A stretch of 64,000 nucleotides of DNA from an uncultured Bacillota bacterium (GTDB lineage Bacteria; Bacillota; DTU025; MWDF01): contig CAWGMK010000006.1 of assembly GCA_963823655.1 (NCBI GenBank), forward strand, positions 192,001-256,000. The letters run 5' to 3'. Below the pieces are notes generated by a model. The model was not told the DNA's origin, searched no databases, and saw only the letters and a program-made list of their open reading frames with translations. Within the stretch, counting starts at the first letter, position 1; every line of letters begins with the position of its first letter. Below, piece by piece: positions 41,605-52,801 of the stretch. The translations under genes and the position numbers were made by a program.

Positions 41605-43468
41605 ATGGCCGTAACAATGGATAACATACCTGTCACGGATATTATGGGTGCAGAGCTAAGGGCAATTGTTGAAGAGAAGATACTTCCCCTAGTTCAGAAG
41701 CCCGCAAGATATGTCGGAGGCGAGCCCGGCACGATAAGCGGGGCTTTCACGGATGTGAGGGCTTCAATGCTGCTTGCCTTCCCCGATGCTTATGAGGTGG
41801 GAATGTCCTTCCTTGGCTTCAAGATCCTTTACGACATAATCAACAGGCATGAAGGATGGCGCGCCGAGAGGGCCTACTCACCCTGGAGCGACATGGAACG
41901 GGCCATGAGGGCCGTCAGGCGTCCCGCTATATGGGCTGGAGAGCTTCACGCCAGCTAGGCAGTTCGATGCCATCGGCATTACGCTGCAGTACGAGCTGTC
42001 CTACACCAACGTGCTCCAAATAATCGACCTTTCGGGGCTGAAGCTGCTCTCATCGGAAAGGGCGGAGGATGACCCGATAATAATAGCCGGAGGGACCTGC
42101 GTGCTGAATCCGGAGCCTCTGGCTGACTTCATCGATTGCTTCCTATTGGGCGACGGTGAAGAGGCGATAACCGAGATAATGCAGGCGCTCGAGGACAGGC
42201 GGGCAAGAGGCCTGTCGAAGGCGGAGTGCCTGATGGCATTATCGGAGATCAAGGGGATGTATGTCCCTCTTCAGCATGACCCTCTGAAGGCGAAGATAAG
42301 AAGGAGGGTGCTTGCCGATCTGGAGCGCTTCCCGGCCGGTTTCGCTAACGACATAGTGCCGCTTCTGGAGTGCGTCCACGACAGGGCGGTAGTCGAAGTA
42401 ATGAGAGGCTGCGACAGAGGCTGCAGGTTCTGCCAGGCCGGATATGCCACCAGGCCGGTCAGGGAGAGGCGTGTAAAGAGCATCATGTCGGCGGCCGAGG
42501 GCGCTGCAAGGATTGGCGGCTATGACGAAGTCTCGCTGCTTTCCCTGTCGACGGCTGACTATTCAGGAATTGTTCCCCTGGTCGACGGGCTTGCGCCGTC
42601 GCTGGCGGAACACGGGGTGGCATTATCCCTGCCTTCTCTTAGAATCGATGCCTTCTCCATCAATCTTGCGGAGAAGGTCAGGACCCACAGGAGGACCGGC
42701 CTTACATTTGCACCTGAGGCCGGGACGCAGAGGATGAGGGATATCATCAACAAGGGAGTAACGGAAGAAGACCTCATGTCGGCAGCGAAAGCCGCTTTTG
42801 AGGCCGGATGGGAGCAGGTCAAGCTGTATTTCATGATCGGGCTCCCCTTCGAGGAGATGGAAGACGTCGAGGGCATAGCGGCCCTTGCGCTCAAGGTGCT
42901 CGCCCTGGGAAGGTCGGTGGCAGCGCCAAAAGGCAGGGCATCCAGGATCAGGCTGAGCATAGGCGTGAGCACTCTAGTACCCAAGCCGCACACGCCGTAC
43001 CAATGGCTCGGCCAGGAGCCGCAAGATGTCACAGAGAAGAAGAAGGCCAGGCTTAAGGGGCTTCTTGGCAGGAAAGACGTGGCGTTGTCCTTCTCTGACG
43101 GCTTCTCCAGCGGGCTGGAGGCGGCGCTGTGCCGCGGGGGCAGGAACCTGGGCAAGGTGATCCTAAGCGCCTATAAGCTGGGCGCAAGGTTCGACGGCTG
43201 GGGCGAGTGCATCATGCCGGGCTTCTGGTTCAAGGCATTCGAGTCCGAGGGCCTGGACATGTACATCGAGGCCTCGAGGGGATATGCCGTAGGCGACAGG
43301 CTTCCCTGGGGGCACATGGACGTAGGAGTCGATGAAGCTTTCCTGGTAGAGGAGTTCGAAAGGTCCAAAAGGGCGGAACTTACGCCTGACTGCAGGTTCG
43401 ACGGGTGCACGTCCTGCGGAGTGTGCGTAGCCGGAATTGAAAATTCGCTAAGAGGTTCGGAGGCATAA
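41605..43468 (+). CDS. TIGR03960-type radical SAM protein (frameshift near 41915)
   Basis: KPARYVGGE, FPDAYEVGMS, RGCDRGCRFCQAG, LPSLR, TFAPEAG, KLYFMIGLP, PKPHTP, C-terminal CxxxxCxxCGVC. Confidence 0.85.
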
Positions 43469-44187
43469 TGGGACACGGCGGGCATGTGATTAGGATAAGG
43501 TATGGCAAGCAGGGCGCCGGGAAGTACATATCCCACCTGGATACCATACGTGCGGCAGAAAGGGCGCTCAGGCGCCTCGGCCTGCCCCTACTCTACTCGG
43601 AGGGCTTCAACCCCCGCCCGAGGATGAGCTTCGCCGCGGCATTGCAAGTGGGTGTGCGTTCCGTTGCGGAATACATGGATGTTTTCCTGACGGAGCCGAT
43701 TGATCCAGAGGGTGTAGTAGAAAGAGGTTCCGAAGCGTTTCCGGAGGCCATGCCGATAATCGCGGCAGGGGCTTTCGACGGATCCTATACCTTGCCGTCA
43801 AAGGTTGTACAGGCCACATATTCCATACGCCCATATGGGATTTGTGGACAGTGCTGGTCCGAAACGGAACTCGAAGCGGCCCTGTCAAGGCTGATGGCCA
43901 TGGAAAACGTGGCCATCGCGGACAAGGACGGCAAAGAGAAGCAGGTAAGAGCATTGATAAACGAGGTCAGGGCAATGCCCGGCGAGCTGATAGTCAAGTT
44001 GGCTTGCGGCAACAGTAACCTGAGGCCTCAGGGGTTCATGGCGGCGCTCAAACAAGCGTCGGGCGCGGATTACGGCGTGTCGCAGGATATATGCAGGGTG
44101 GGACTCGAGCTGGAGCTCGGAGCCGGCCCGCAGGATCCTTTGGCCGGCTGCGCCGGAAATTACTATTCAAATAAGTTTAGGAGCTGA
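43468..44187 (+). CDS. TIGR03936-type radical SAM-associated protein
   Basis: YISHLD..RA.RR..LP..YSEGFNPRPRMSF..AL..G..S..EY. Confidence 0.85.
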   Translation: MGHGGHVIRIRYGKQGAGKYISHLDTIRAAERALRRLGLPLLYSEGFNPRPRMSFAAALQVGVRSVAEYMDVFLTEPIDPEGVVERGSEAFPEAMPIIAAGAFDGSYTLPSKVVQATYSIRPYGICGQCWSETELEAALSRLMAMENVAIADKDGKEKQVRALINEVRAMPGELIVKLACGNSNLRPQGFMAALKQASGADYGVSQDICRVGLELELGAGPQDPLAGCAGNYYSNKFRS

Positions 44188-44191
44188 GAAT

Positions 44192-46844
44192 GTGGCAAGG
44201 AAGATAGTAATAGATAACAGCAACGGCGAGGTAAGAGCCGCCGTCATAGAGGATGGCAAGCTGGCCGACCTGTTCATAGAAAGAAGCAGGCACCCTTCGG
44301 TGCTGGGCAACATCTACAAGGGCAAAGTCGAAAACGTATTGCCCGGAATGCAGGCGGCATTCGTGGACATCGGCCTGGAGAAGAACGCCTTCCTCTACGT
44401 GGATGATGCCATGGCAAGCCTGCCGGACATCGTCAAGTCGACGAGGAACGGCGACGAAGTCGAGCTGCCCAAATCCCGGGGCAAGAGCATAAAAGAGCTG
44501 CTCAAGCCGGGGCAAGAGGTGCTCGTACAGGTTACAAAAGAGGCTATCGGCACAAAAGGGGCCAGAGTCGTTACAGATGTTACGCTCGCAGGCCGCTATG
44601 TAGTGCTTATCCCTTCCGTTAACTACGTCGGGGTCAGCCGCAAGATCCAGGAGGATTCCGTTAGGGACAGGCTGCGCGATCTGGCCCACAAGGTAAAGCC
44701 GAGGGGCATGGGCCTTATCGTAAGGACGGTGGCGGAGGAGCAGCCCGACGAGGAAGTGGTCAGGGACATAGAGTTCCTGAACAGGGCATGGAAGAAGATC
44801 AGGGCGAAGTCTGCAAGGTCAAAAGCCCCGTATCTGCTGCATTACGACGCGGACCTCGTATATAGGATGGCAAGGGACTACTTCGGGGACGATGTAACGG
44901 AATTCACGGTTAACACGCCGGTGGACTACAACAAAGTATCCGACCTCCTGCACATAGACGAAGGGAGAGAAGGATCCCAGAATCAGGCTGTACGCAGATA
45001 AAAAGCCTGTATTCGAGGCATACGGCATAGAAGAGGAGATCTGGAAGGCAACCAGACGCAAGGTGTGGCTCAACAGCGGCGGATATCTAATATTCGATAC
45101 GACAGAGGCATTGACCGTCATAGACGTCAACACCGGCAAGTTCACGGGCAGCAAGGACCTCGCGGATACTGCTTTCAGGAACAACCTTGAAGCCGCCGCA
45201 GAGCTTGCAAGGCAGATAAGGCTCAGGAACATCGGCGGCATCCTCATCGCCGACTTCATAGACATGGAATCGGATGATCACAAGAAGAGGGTGCTTGAGG
45301 AGCTCGAAAAGCACTTGACCAAGGATAAGGCCAGGACCTCGGTCCTCGGGATAACGAAACTGGGCCTCATAGAGATGACGAGGAAGAAGTCCCAGCAGGG
45401 TCTCGTCGAGCTTACCCACAGGGTGTGCGATGTCTGCGACGGCAGGGGAAAAGTAATATCCGAGGAGACGCTTGCATTGAGGGCGGAAAGGCTCATAAAG
45501 CGCGAAGCGGCGGCCACAGATATGCAGGCCCTGTTGATCGGGCTTAACCCATATGTCGCAGGCGAGCTGTCGCTAGACTCGAGCTCAGCCATAAAAGAGC
45601 TGGAAGAGCAGACTATGAGGGACATCTTCATCAAGGCGGATGCAACGCTTGGCCGTGACGATGTCAAAGTCATCGCGGCAGGCAGCCTCGAGGAGATTTT
45701 GGCCCTTGTGCACCCGGTGAAAAAAGGCGAGACGATCGAAGTCCATATAGGACAGCCCAACCAGGAAAGGCCCGATCAGGGCATCGCGCTGTACAAAGGC
45801 CTGCCGATACACATAGAAGACGGGGCCACGCTAGTAGGAAAGACCCTTAAGGTCAAGATAAGCAGGGTCTTCAAAGGATATGCCAAGGCCAGGGTAGAAG
45901 GGCGCCACGAAACAAGGATTGAGCAAAGGCGCGATGAGCCCGAGGAAGACGGGATAATAATCGAGATGAGGGAGCCCAGAAGGCAGCAGAATATTCCTGT
46001 CGCCAGCCCTCCTGCCCCGGTTAGGGTTGAAATTCCCGAAGCTCGACGATGTTCCGGAAACCGAAGTTCTAGCTGGCGACGCAGTGCCGGGCCAGGAGGC
46101 AAAGAAGAAGCGCAGGAGACGCCGCCACCGCAAGAACGCGAAGGAGAGGGCCGCAATGCAAGCCGGCCTTGAGGCTGAAGCGCCTGTCGAAAAACGACGA
46201 CTTGCCTCAGGCCTCGCCTGAAAAGGCCGAGGCGCCTGCCGAGCCTGCCATTATTGAGGCAAAGCCGGATACTTCAGCTCTTATAGCGTCAGAAGCGGGA
46301 GCAGACCCAGCCGCAATGACCGCCTCAAAGAAGAGGCGCCGCAGAAGGCATCGCAGCCGCAAGCCGGCCCAGGCCATCGAGGGAACCTCTATGTCCGGCA
46401 GTGAGGCAGTCATGGACGAAGCAGTCCCGGGCAAAACCATGATGCCTGCCAATCAGCTGCCTGTTGCCACGCCTACAGCACAAAAGGCCGCAACAACGCA
46501 AACGCACCCGGTCATAACGGCCGAAACCGGAAAGGCGGCGGCAAATACTGCGTCCGGCCCGACGGAAGGAACCCGTAAGGCCTCCTCACAGCAGACCCGA
46601 AGGCCTCGGGCAGGATCGCAAAATGCGGCAAAGAAAGCGCAGAAACCTGCGGATACGGCCGGCCTCAAGCAGGAAGCGCCCGATTCCAAGCCCCAGTAAG
46701 CGGAAGCTGCCGCCGCGCCGACACAGCAGAAATTAGGCGGAGACTGTGGCCGAGGCGAAGCCTAAGCGCCAGTATAACCGCAGGAAGAAGACACCGGATG
46801 CGGCAAGCAAGGCAAATTCCGCAGTTGACACCAAGGCGGAGTGA
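44192..46844 (+). CDS. RNase E/G family ribonuclease with TRAM-like domain and long disordered tail (several frameshifts)
   Basis: GNIYKGKV..LPGMQAAFVDIG, VQVTKE..TKGAR, TEALTVIDVNTG, RQIRLRNIGGI..DFIDM, C..C.G.G; tail read across frames to TGA 46844, end approximate. Confidence 0.85.
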
Positions 46845-46853
46845 TTATATACT
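46825..46853 (+). promoter_or_regulatory. Sigma-A promoter of the rplU operon
   Basis: TTGACA-17 bp-TATACT. Confidence 0.8.
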
Positions 46854-46859
46854 TTTTAT

Positions 46860-46945
46860 CTGTGGCAGCCTGTCTGCCATACTGCCGCTCGGAGAAGGCC
46901 AGTAAAGGTCAGAAGTGACCTGCCTTGAGCCGGCGAGCCTGTATA
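46860..46945 (+). promoter_or_regulatory. L21 ribosomal leader
   Basis: Position and conserved-looking ACCTGCCTTGAGCCGGCGAGCCT segment before the rplU RBS. Confidence 0.6.
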
Positions 46946-46958
46946 AGGAGAAATGCTG

Positions 46959-47270
46959 ATGTACGCAGTAATCGAGACCGGCGGTAAGCAGTACCGCGTA
47001 GAGCCGGGCCAGATTTTAAGAGTTGAGAAGCTCGAAGCCCAGAAGGGCGAAGAAGTCATCTTTGACAGAGTCCTGATGTTGGTGGACGGCGAGTCCGTCA
47101 AAATAGGCTCTCCCGTGGTCGAAGGCGCCAAGGTTAAGGCAACGGTCCTGGTCCAGGACAAGTCCAAGAAGGTAATAGTCTTCAAGTACAAGCCCAAGAA
47201 GAGGATAAGGACCAAGACAGGCCATAGGCAGCCCTTTACTGAAGTAAGGATAGAGGCCTTGGAGGCATAG
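46959..47270 (+). CDS. rplU: 50S ribosomal protein L21
   Basis: [21 protein letters not shown]. Confidence 0.97.
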   Translation: MYAVIETGGKQYRVEPGQILRVEKLEAQKGEEVIFDRVLMLVDGESVKIGSPVVEGAKVKATVLVQDKSKKVIVFKYKPKKRIRTKTGHRQPFTEVRIEALEA

Positions 47271-47271
47271 C

Positions 47272-47592
47272 ATGATCGAAGTCTGGGTGCGCAGGGAGGG
47301 CGGCAAGATTACCGCTTACCGCGTCGAAGGACATGCCGGTTGGGCGCAGGCAGGCCGAGATATAGTATGCGCTGCGGTCTCTGCCCTGGTTATTGGGACA
47401 GAGAACGGATTGGATGAAGTCGCCGGTGCGGTTAAGGTATCGCGAAGCTCCGATGGTAAGCTTGAAGTAGAGCTTAAGAAGGAGCTGGGCGAGGAGGCCA
47501 GGATAATGGCGGACGCCATACTGGAAACCATGCTAAACGCCCTGCGCAAGATAGAAAACCAGCATCCAAGGACAATCAGGATTCACGATTGA
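47272..47592 (+). CDS. prp: Ribosomal-processing cysteine protease Prp
   Basis: [12 protein letters not shown]; located between rplU and rpmA. Confidence 0.92.
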   Translation: MIEVWVRREGGKITAYRVEGHAGWAQAGRDIVCAAVSALVIGTENGLDEVAGAVKVSRSSDGKLEVELKKELGEEARIMADAILETMLNALRKIENQHPRTIRIHD

Positions 47593-47615
47593 AATTCGGC
47601 ATGGAGGTGCCTTTC

Positions 47616-47906
47616 ATGATTAAGATGAATTTACAGCTCTTCGCACATAAGAAGGGTGTCGGCAGCTCAAGAAACGGCAGAGATTCACACTCTCAGAGGC
47701 TCGGCATCAAGAAGTTCGGCGGCGAGGTAGTAAGAGCAGGCAACATTATCGTCAGGCAGAACGGAACCAAGGTCCATCCGGGCGCCGGAGTGGGCATGGG
47801 CAGTGATTACACCCTGTTCGCCCTCGTTGACGGAAATGTCAAGTTCGAGAGGGTCGGCAAGGACGGCAAGAGGGTCACCATAGTAGCGGCAGCCGTAGAG
47901 GCCTAA
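47616..47906 (+). CDS. rpmA: 50S ribosomal protein L27 with Prp-cleaved extension
   Basis: [24 protein letters not shown]. Confidence 0.97.
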   Translation: MIKMNLQLFAHKKGVGSSRNGRDSHSQRLGIKKFGGEVVRAGNIIVRQNGTKVHPGAGVGMGSDYTLFALVDGNVKFERVGKDGKRVTIVAAAVEA

Positions 47907-47926
47907 AACAAAATATTACATCCTTT

Positions 47927-47966
47927 GCCGGGCGGAAGCTTAAGCTTTCGTCCGGCTTTTCTCTTT
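47927..47966 (+). terminator. Terminator after rpmA
   Basis: GCCGGGCGGAAGCT/AGCTTTCGTCCGGC followed by T tract. Confidence 0.75.
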
Positions 47967-48015
47967 CACAGGAGGCGCGCACGGTTTAGAATTGGTGTAG
48001 CGCACGAAACCGGAG

Positions 48016-50798
48016 GTGGCTGGCTTGACAAAGAAGGGCGTCCTGGAAAAGGGCTTTGCGGTATTGGCGGTAGCCGCCGCAGCCCTGGTTTTCATATTCG
48101 CAGTAGTGATGCCGATACTAAGCTCATTCTTGACGGAGCTATGGTGGTTTGAGGACATCGGTCAGAAGGCGGTATTTGTAAAGAGAATCTTTACCGCCGT
48201 ATCCACCGGCGCAGTCGCTTTCGCAGCGGCATGCGCCATCATGCTGTTGAATGCCCTGATAATCAGGAGGACAATGGCATCAGAACGCAAAGCGGGCCGA
48301 CGGAAATACCCGGATTATTTCAACGCTGACGATTGCGGCATCTCTGATTGCGGGTGCCACTGCAGGCCTTTCTGTGGGCGCAAACTGGATGAAAGTGCAG
48401 CAGTTCCTGCATTACTCCGAATTCGGGAAGTCCGACCCGATTTTCGGCCTTGATGCGGCTTTCTACGTATTCAGGCTGCCGATATTCCAATTTCTGTACA
48501 GCGGACTAATGCAGCTGCTAGTCGCCGCTGCCGCAATGGCAGGGCTTGCGTACCTTTTCGAAGCGCTGCGCACCGAACCTTATGACATGGAGTTTACCGG
48601 GCCTTTCGGCACCCGGAGGCGCAGCTCCGTTAAGATGAAATTCGATCAGATCGGAGCGGGTGCCAGGAACCATCTGATCGCTTTGGTATCCCTGATCTTC
48701 GCCTTGAAGGCGGTAGGGTACCTTCTCTCGATATACAACCTGGTCTATTCGCCGAGGGGAGTAGCATTCGGCGCAAGCTATGCCGACCTGCATGGCACTC
48801 TTCCCGGCCTTAAAGTGATGATCGCCCTATGCTTCATTTCGGCGGGGCTCATCATCTATGCGCTTCTGAGCAAACGTGGAATGAAGCCGGTGATTGCCGC
48901 GGGCATTCTCATGATTGCGGGCTCTTTCGTTACCGGTACCGTAATACCCGGGCTCGTGCAGCAATGGTATGTGGAACCAAACGAGCTTGAGGCTGAGAAG
49001 AGCTACATCGAATACAACATAGACTTCACAAGGGCGGCCTACGACCTGGACAAGATCGAGGACAGGGATTTCGTCTCCAACGGGGACATCTCCAAGGAGG
49101 ACCTGGCCGCAAACGCCAAGACCGTCGAAAACATTAGGCTCTGGGACTGGGAGCCGCTTCTTTCGACGCTGTCGCAGCTACAGGAGATGCGCCTTTATTA
49201 CAACTTCAACGATGTGGACATCGATAGGTATATGGTTGACGGAAAATCAAGGCAAGTAATGCTCACCGCAAGGGAGATGGACGTAGACAGCCTTCCTACA
49301 CAGGCGCAGACATGGATCAACAGGCACCTTAAGTATACGCATGGATACGGGCTTGTAATCAGCCCGGTCAATGAGGCTACGACGGAAGGCCTGCCAACAT
49401 ACCTCATGAAGGACATCCCTCCTCAGGGAAACGCGTCGTTTACGATTGACAGGCCTGAAATCTACTTCGGCGAGCTCACCGACGACTATGTACTGGTGGA
49501 CACATCAGTCGACGAGTTCGACTACCCGCTTGGCGAGCAGAATGCCGAGACAAGGTGGACAGGAGACGGTGGCGTCTCATTGTCCGGCTTCTTCAGGAAG
49601 CTAATGTATGCCTACAGGTTCGGCACCGTGAAGATCTTCCTTTCTGGGGACATCACGGCGGACAGCAGGGCCCTGTACAAGAGGTCGATTATCGATAGGC
49701 TAAACAGCATAGCCCCATTCCTATGGTATGATGCGGATCCTTACATAGTAATGGCCGATGGCAGGCTGAAGTGGGTGGCGGACGCCTATACCTACACCGA
49801 GAACTACCCCTACTCGGAGCCGATACAGAACTACTCTTCGTGGGGAAGGGGCCCGAATTACATCAGGAACAGCGTTAAAGCGGTAGTTGATGCATACACG
49901 GGCGAGACGGACTTCTATATTGTGGATACAACAGACCCGCTGGCCCAGACATACTCAGGGATCTTTCCCGGCCTTTTCAAACCGGGCGATCAGATGCCCC
50001 AGAGCATAAGGGACCACTTCCGCTATCCTGAGGACCTGTTTATGATACAGGCGCGTATGTATGCCATTTACCATATGCAAAGCGCATCGCAGTTTTATAA
50101 CAAGGAGGACCTCTGGAGCATCCCCAACGAAGTCTACGGTTCGAGCACGTGCCGAGTTAAAACCGTATTTCGTCAATATGTCGCTGCCGGACGATGACCA
50201 AAAGGGACAGAGCTTCCTGACCATGATGCCCTTTACGCCTTCCAAGAAGAACAACATGGTATCCTGGATGGCCGGCCTTTGTGACGGTGAGGACTACGGC
50301 AGGATAATCGTCTACAAGTTCTCCAAACAGAGGATCTTCTACGGCCCAATGCAGATAGAATTGCAGATCGACCAGGATTTGGAGATATCCAAGCTGTTCG
50401 CGCTCTGGAATCAGAAGGGGTCGAGCGTGATTAGGGGCAACCTGCTCGTATACCCCATAGATCACTCAGTGCTCTATATTGAGCCCATATTCCTTGCTGC
50501 AGAGAGAAGCCAGTTGCCGCAGCTGAAATTGGTGCTTGCCTCAGACGGCACAAGAATTGCCATGGGCAGCACATTGTCGGCGGCCCTTGCGATGCTTTTG
50601 GGGGAGAGCGAGGCCGAACTGGGCAGGAGCGGGACGATAGATGACGCACCCAGCTCGCTGGCGGCAGAGGCGGACCGCCTGTTCAAGAAGGCTCAGGACA
50701 GCCTGAAAGCATCCGATTGGACAGGTTACGGCGCGGCGCAGGACGAGCTGGGCCGGGTCATCGGTCTTTTGATCGAAAGGCTTGGCAATGAGCAATAA
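48016..50798 (+). CDS. UPF0182-family membrane protein (frameshifts near 48300 and 50150)
   Basis: WF..IG..VF, DPIFGLD..FYVF.LP, GASYAD, NIRLWD, DVDIDRY, HLKYTHGYG, NYIRNSVK, HFRYPEDLF, VIRGNLL, LYIEP. Confidence 0.88.
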
Positions 50799-51744
50799 TG
50801 TGACGCCTGTACCGGACTACGGCATTAGAGAGCATAAGCAAGGGTTCCTGCTGCAAAGCAGGGGCCCTTGTGACCTTGAAAAGAGCCTGCACAGCGGGCA
50901 GGCCTTCAGGTGGCGAAGGTCCGAGGGCCATCACGAAGGAGTCGTCAGGGGAAAGTTTCTGATGCTAGAACAGAAGAGTCCCTCCGAAGTGCTGCTTCTT
51001 AAGCCGGGCACCATCGACGATGCAAAGCTCGCCCACGATTACCTCGCATTGGATGTTGATCAGAAGGGAATAGAACGCTCCTTGTCCCTGGATGGCGGGC
51101 ACATGTCCGAGGCTGTGAAACTTTCGACCGGGCTGAGGACGCTAAGACAGGAGCCCTGGGAGACACTGATCGCTTTCATAATCTCGGCAAATAACGGAGT
51201 GACCAACATAACCAGGGTCATTGATAATCTCGCATTGCTTTACGGAGACGCGGTGGAAGGCCCCAGGGGCCCCTATCATGTATTCCCGAGGCCAGGACAG
51301 CTGATAGATGCCGGCCACGACGGAATTTGGGCATGCAAGGCTGGCTTTAGGACCAGGGGCATCTGTGAGGCGGCGGCAGGGGTTGCTTCGGGGAGCATCG
51401 ACCTTGAGGAAATTGCGTCCTCCTCTTACCCCAAAGCGAAGGAGAAGCTCATCAAGCTGCACGGAATTGGGGAGAAAGTGGCTGATTGCATAATGCTCTT
51501 TTCCATGGACAAGCCCGAAGCCTTTCCTGTAGATGTGTGGATTGAGCGCATAGTCAGGCTTCTTTACTTCGAGGGCAAAAAAGTGAACCACTCAGCTATC
51601 AGGAAATGGGCGTCGCTGAGGTACGGAAACCTTGCGGGATACGCCAACCAGTTCCTGTTCAACTACGGCAGGAAGTTTGCGGCCTCCGAGCTAAGGAGCA
51701 TGGATAAGGCCTCCAAGCAGGAAAATGCCCCGATTGAAACATAG
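50788..51744 (+). CDS. 8-oxoguanine DNA glycosylase (OGG1-like)
   Basis: SGQAFRW, LRQEPWETLIAFIISANN, GIGEKVADCIMLF, FPVDVW, AGYANQFLF. Confidence 0.88.
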   Translation: MSNNVTPVPDYGIREHKQGFLLQSRGPCDLEKSLHSGQAFRWRRSEGHHEGVVRGKFLMLEQKSPSEVLLLKPGTIDDAKLAHDYLALDVDQKGIERSLSLDGGHMSEAVKLSTGLRTLRQEPWETLIAFIISANNGVTNITRVIDNLALLYGDAVEGPRGPYHVFPRPGQLIDAGHDGIWACKAGFRTRGICEAAAGVASGSIDLEEIASSSYPKAKEKLIKLHGIGEKVADCIMLFSMDKPEAFPVDVWIERIVRLLYFEGKKVNHSAIRKWASLRYGNLAGYANQFLFNYGRKFAASELRSMDKASKQENAPIET

Positions 51745-51754
51745 AACAAACATA

Positions 51755-51784
51755 TTGCATCTGTGCTTATACGCAGGTTATAAT
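51755..51784 (+). promoter_or_regulatory. Promoter of tRNA cluster
   Basis: TTGCAT-18 bp-TATAAT. Confidence 0.6.
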
Positions 51785-51808
51785 GATAAAGCATCGTTTA
51801 GCAACCCG

Positions 51809-51884
51809 GGGCGAATAGCTCAGCTGGGAGAGCACCTGCTTTACAAGCAGGGGGTCACAGGTTCGAGTCCTGTTTCGCCCACCA
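51809..51884 (+). tRNA. tRNA-Val(TAC)
   Basis: Cloverleaf, CCTGC-TT-TAC-AA-GCAGG, CCA. Confidence 0.95.
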
Positions 51885-51903
51885 GGAAGCAAAACGGTTA
51901 CGC

Positions 51904-51980
51904 GGAGGCGTGGTGTAGTGGTCTAACATGCCTGCCTGTCACGCAGGAGATCGCGGGTTCGACTCCCGTCGCTTCCGCCA
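51904..51980 (+). tRNA. tRNA-Asp(GTC)
   Basis: CCTGC-CT-GTC-AC-GCAGG, CCA. Confidence 0.95.
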
Positions 51981-51985
51981 ATAAT

Positions 51986-52061
<76 letters not shown>

Positions 52062-52074
52062 TCTCTTTTTATAT

Positions 52075-52149
52075 GCGGAAATAGCTCAGTGGTAGAGCAT
52101 CACCTTGCCAAGGCGGGGGTCGCGGGTTCGAATCCCGTTTTCCGCTCCA
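52075..52149 (+). tRNA. tRNA-Gly(GCC), second copy
   Basis: Identical to 6441-6515 except one T>C change in the anticodon stem. Confidence 0.93.
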
Positions 52150-52181
52150 TATTTCGGAGGCCCGACTAATCTGGGAACCTG

Positions 52182-52256
<75 letters not shown>

Positions 52257-52259
52257 GAA

Positions 52260-52336
52260 GGGGCGCTAGCTCAGTTGGTTAGAGCGCAACGTTGACATCG
52301 TTGAGGTCAGTGGTTCGACCCCACTGCGTCCCACCA
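52260..52336 (+). tRNA. tRNA-Val(GAC)
   Basis: CAACG-TT-GAC-AT-CGTTG, CCA. Confidence 0.95.
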
Positions 52337-52340
52337 TTTT

Positions 52341-52370
52341 AGCAGGCCAGACGGCCTGCTTTCTTTTTTT
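52341..52370 (+). terminator. Terminator of tRNA cluster
   Basis: AGCAGGCC-AGAC-GGCCTGCT followed by T tract. Confidence 0.85.
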
Positions 52371-52545
52371 ATGGCACGGCCTTCGGCCTAAAAGCCAACC
52401 AGATCGGCCAACGCCCATTCAGGAGCCTCCCTAAAATAAGAGCTCTAATCGGCCGGTTTAACGTGGATTTATCTTCGGTTCATCACAATCGCGAATGAAA
52501 AACTTGACTTGGAGCCGATTACGCAATAGCATTCTAATAAGATAC

Positions 52546-52786
52546 AGACGCGATGATGGGGAAATATACCGAAGTTGCGCAAAAGAGACGCCAGGGCCTA
52601 TAGGCTGAGAGCCCGGCGGGCGCAAGCGGAGTAAGACCACCCCGGAGCACGCCTTGTAAGAGCAAAGCTTCAAGAGGCGCGGTGGGCACCGTTAAAAGCC
52701 GATCGAGAGGGCATGCCAGGCGCTTGCCAATTCGGGTGGAACCGCGGATTATATCCGTCCCGTATCAGGGGCGGATTTTATTTTTT
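52546..52786 (+). promoter_or_regulatory. T-box riboswitch (Thr; specifier ACC at 52636-52638)
   Basis: AGAGA and GCTGAGA motifs, TTCGGGTGGAACCGCGG, terminator plus T tract; promoter TTGACT-17 bp-TAGCAT at 52504-52532. Confidence 0.9.
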
Positions 52787-52801
52787 AGAGGAGGTGTCGA
52801 A

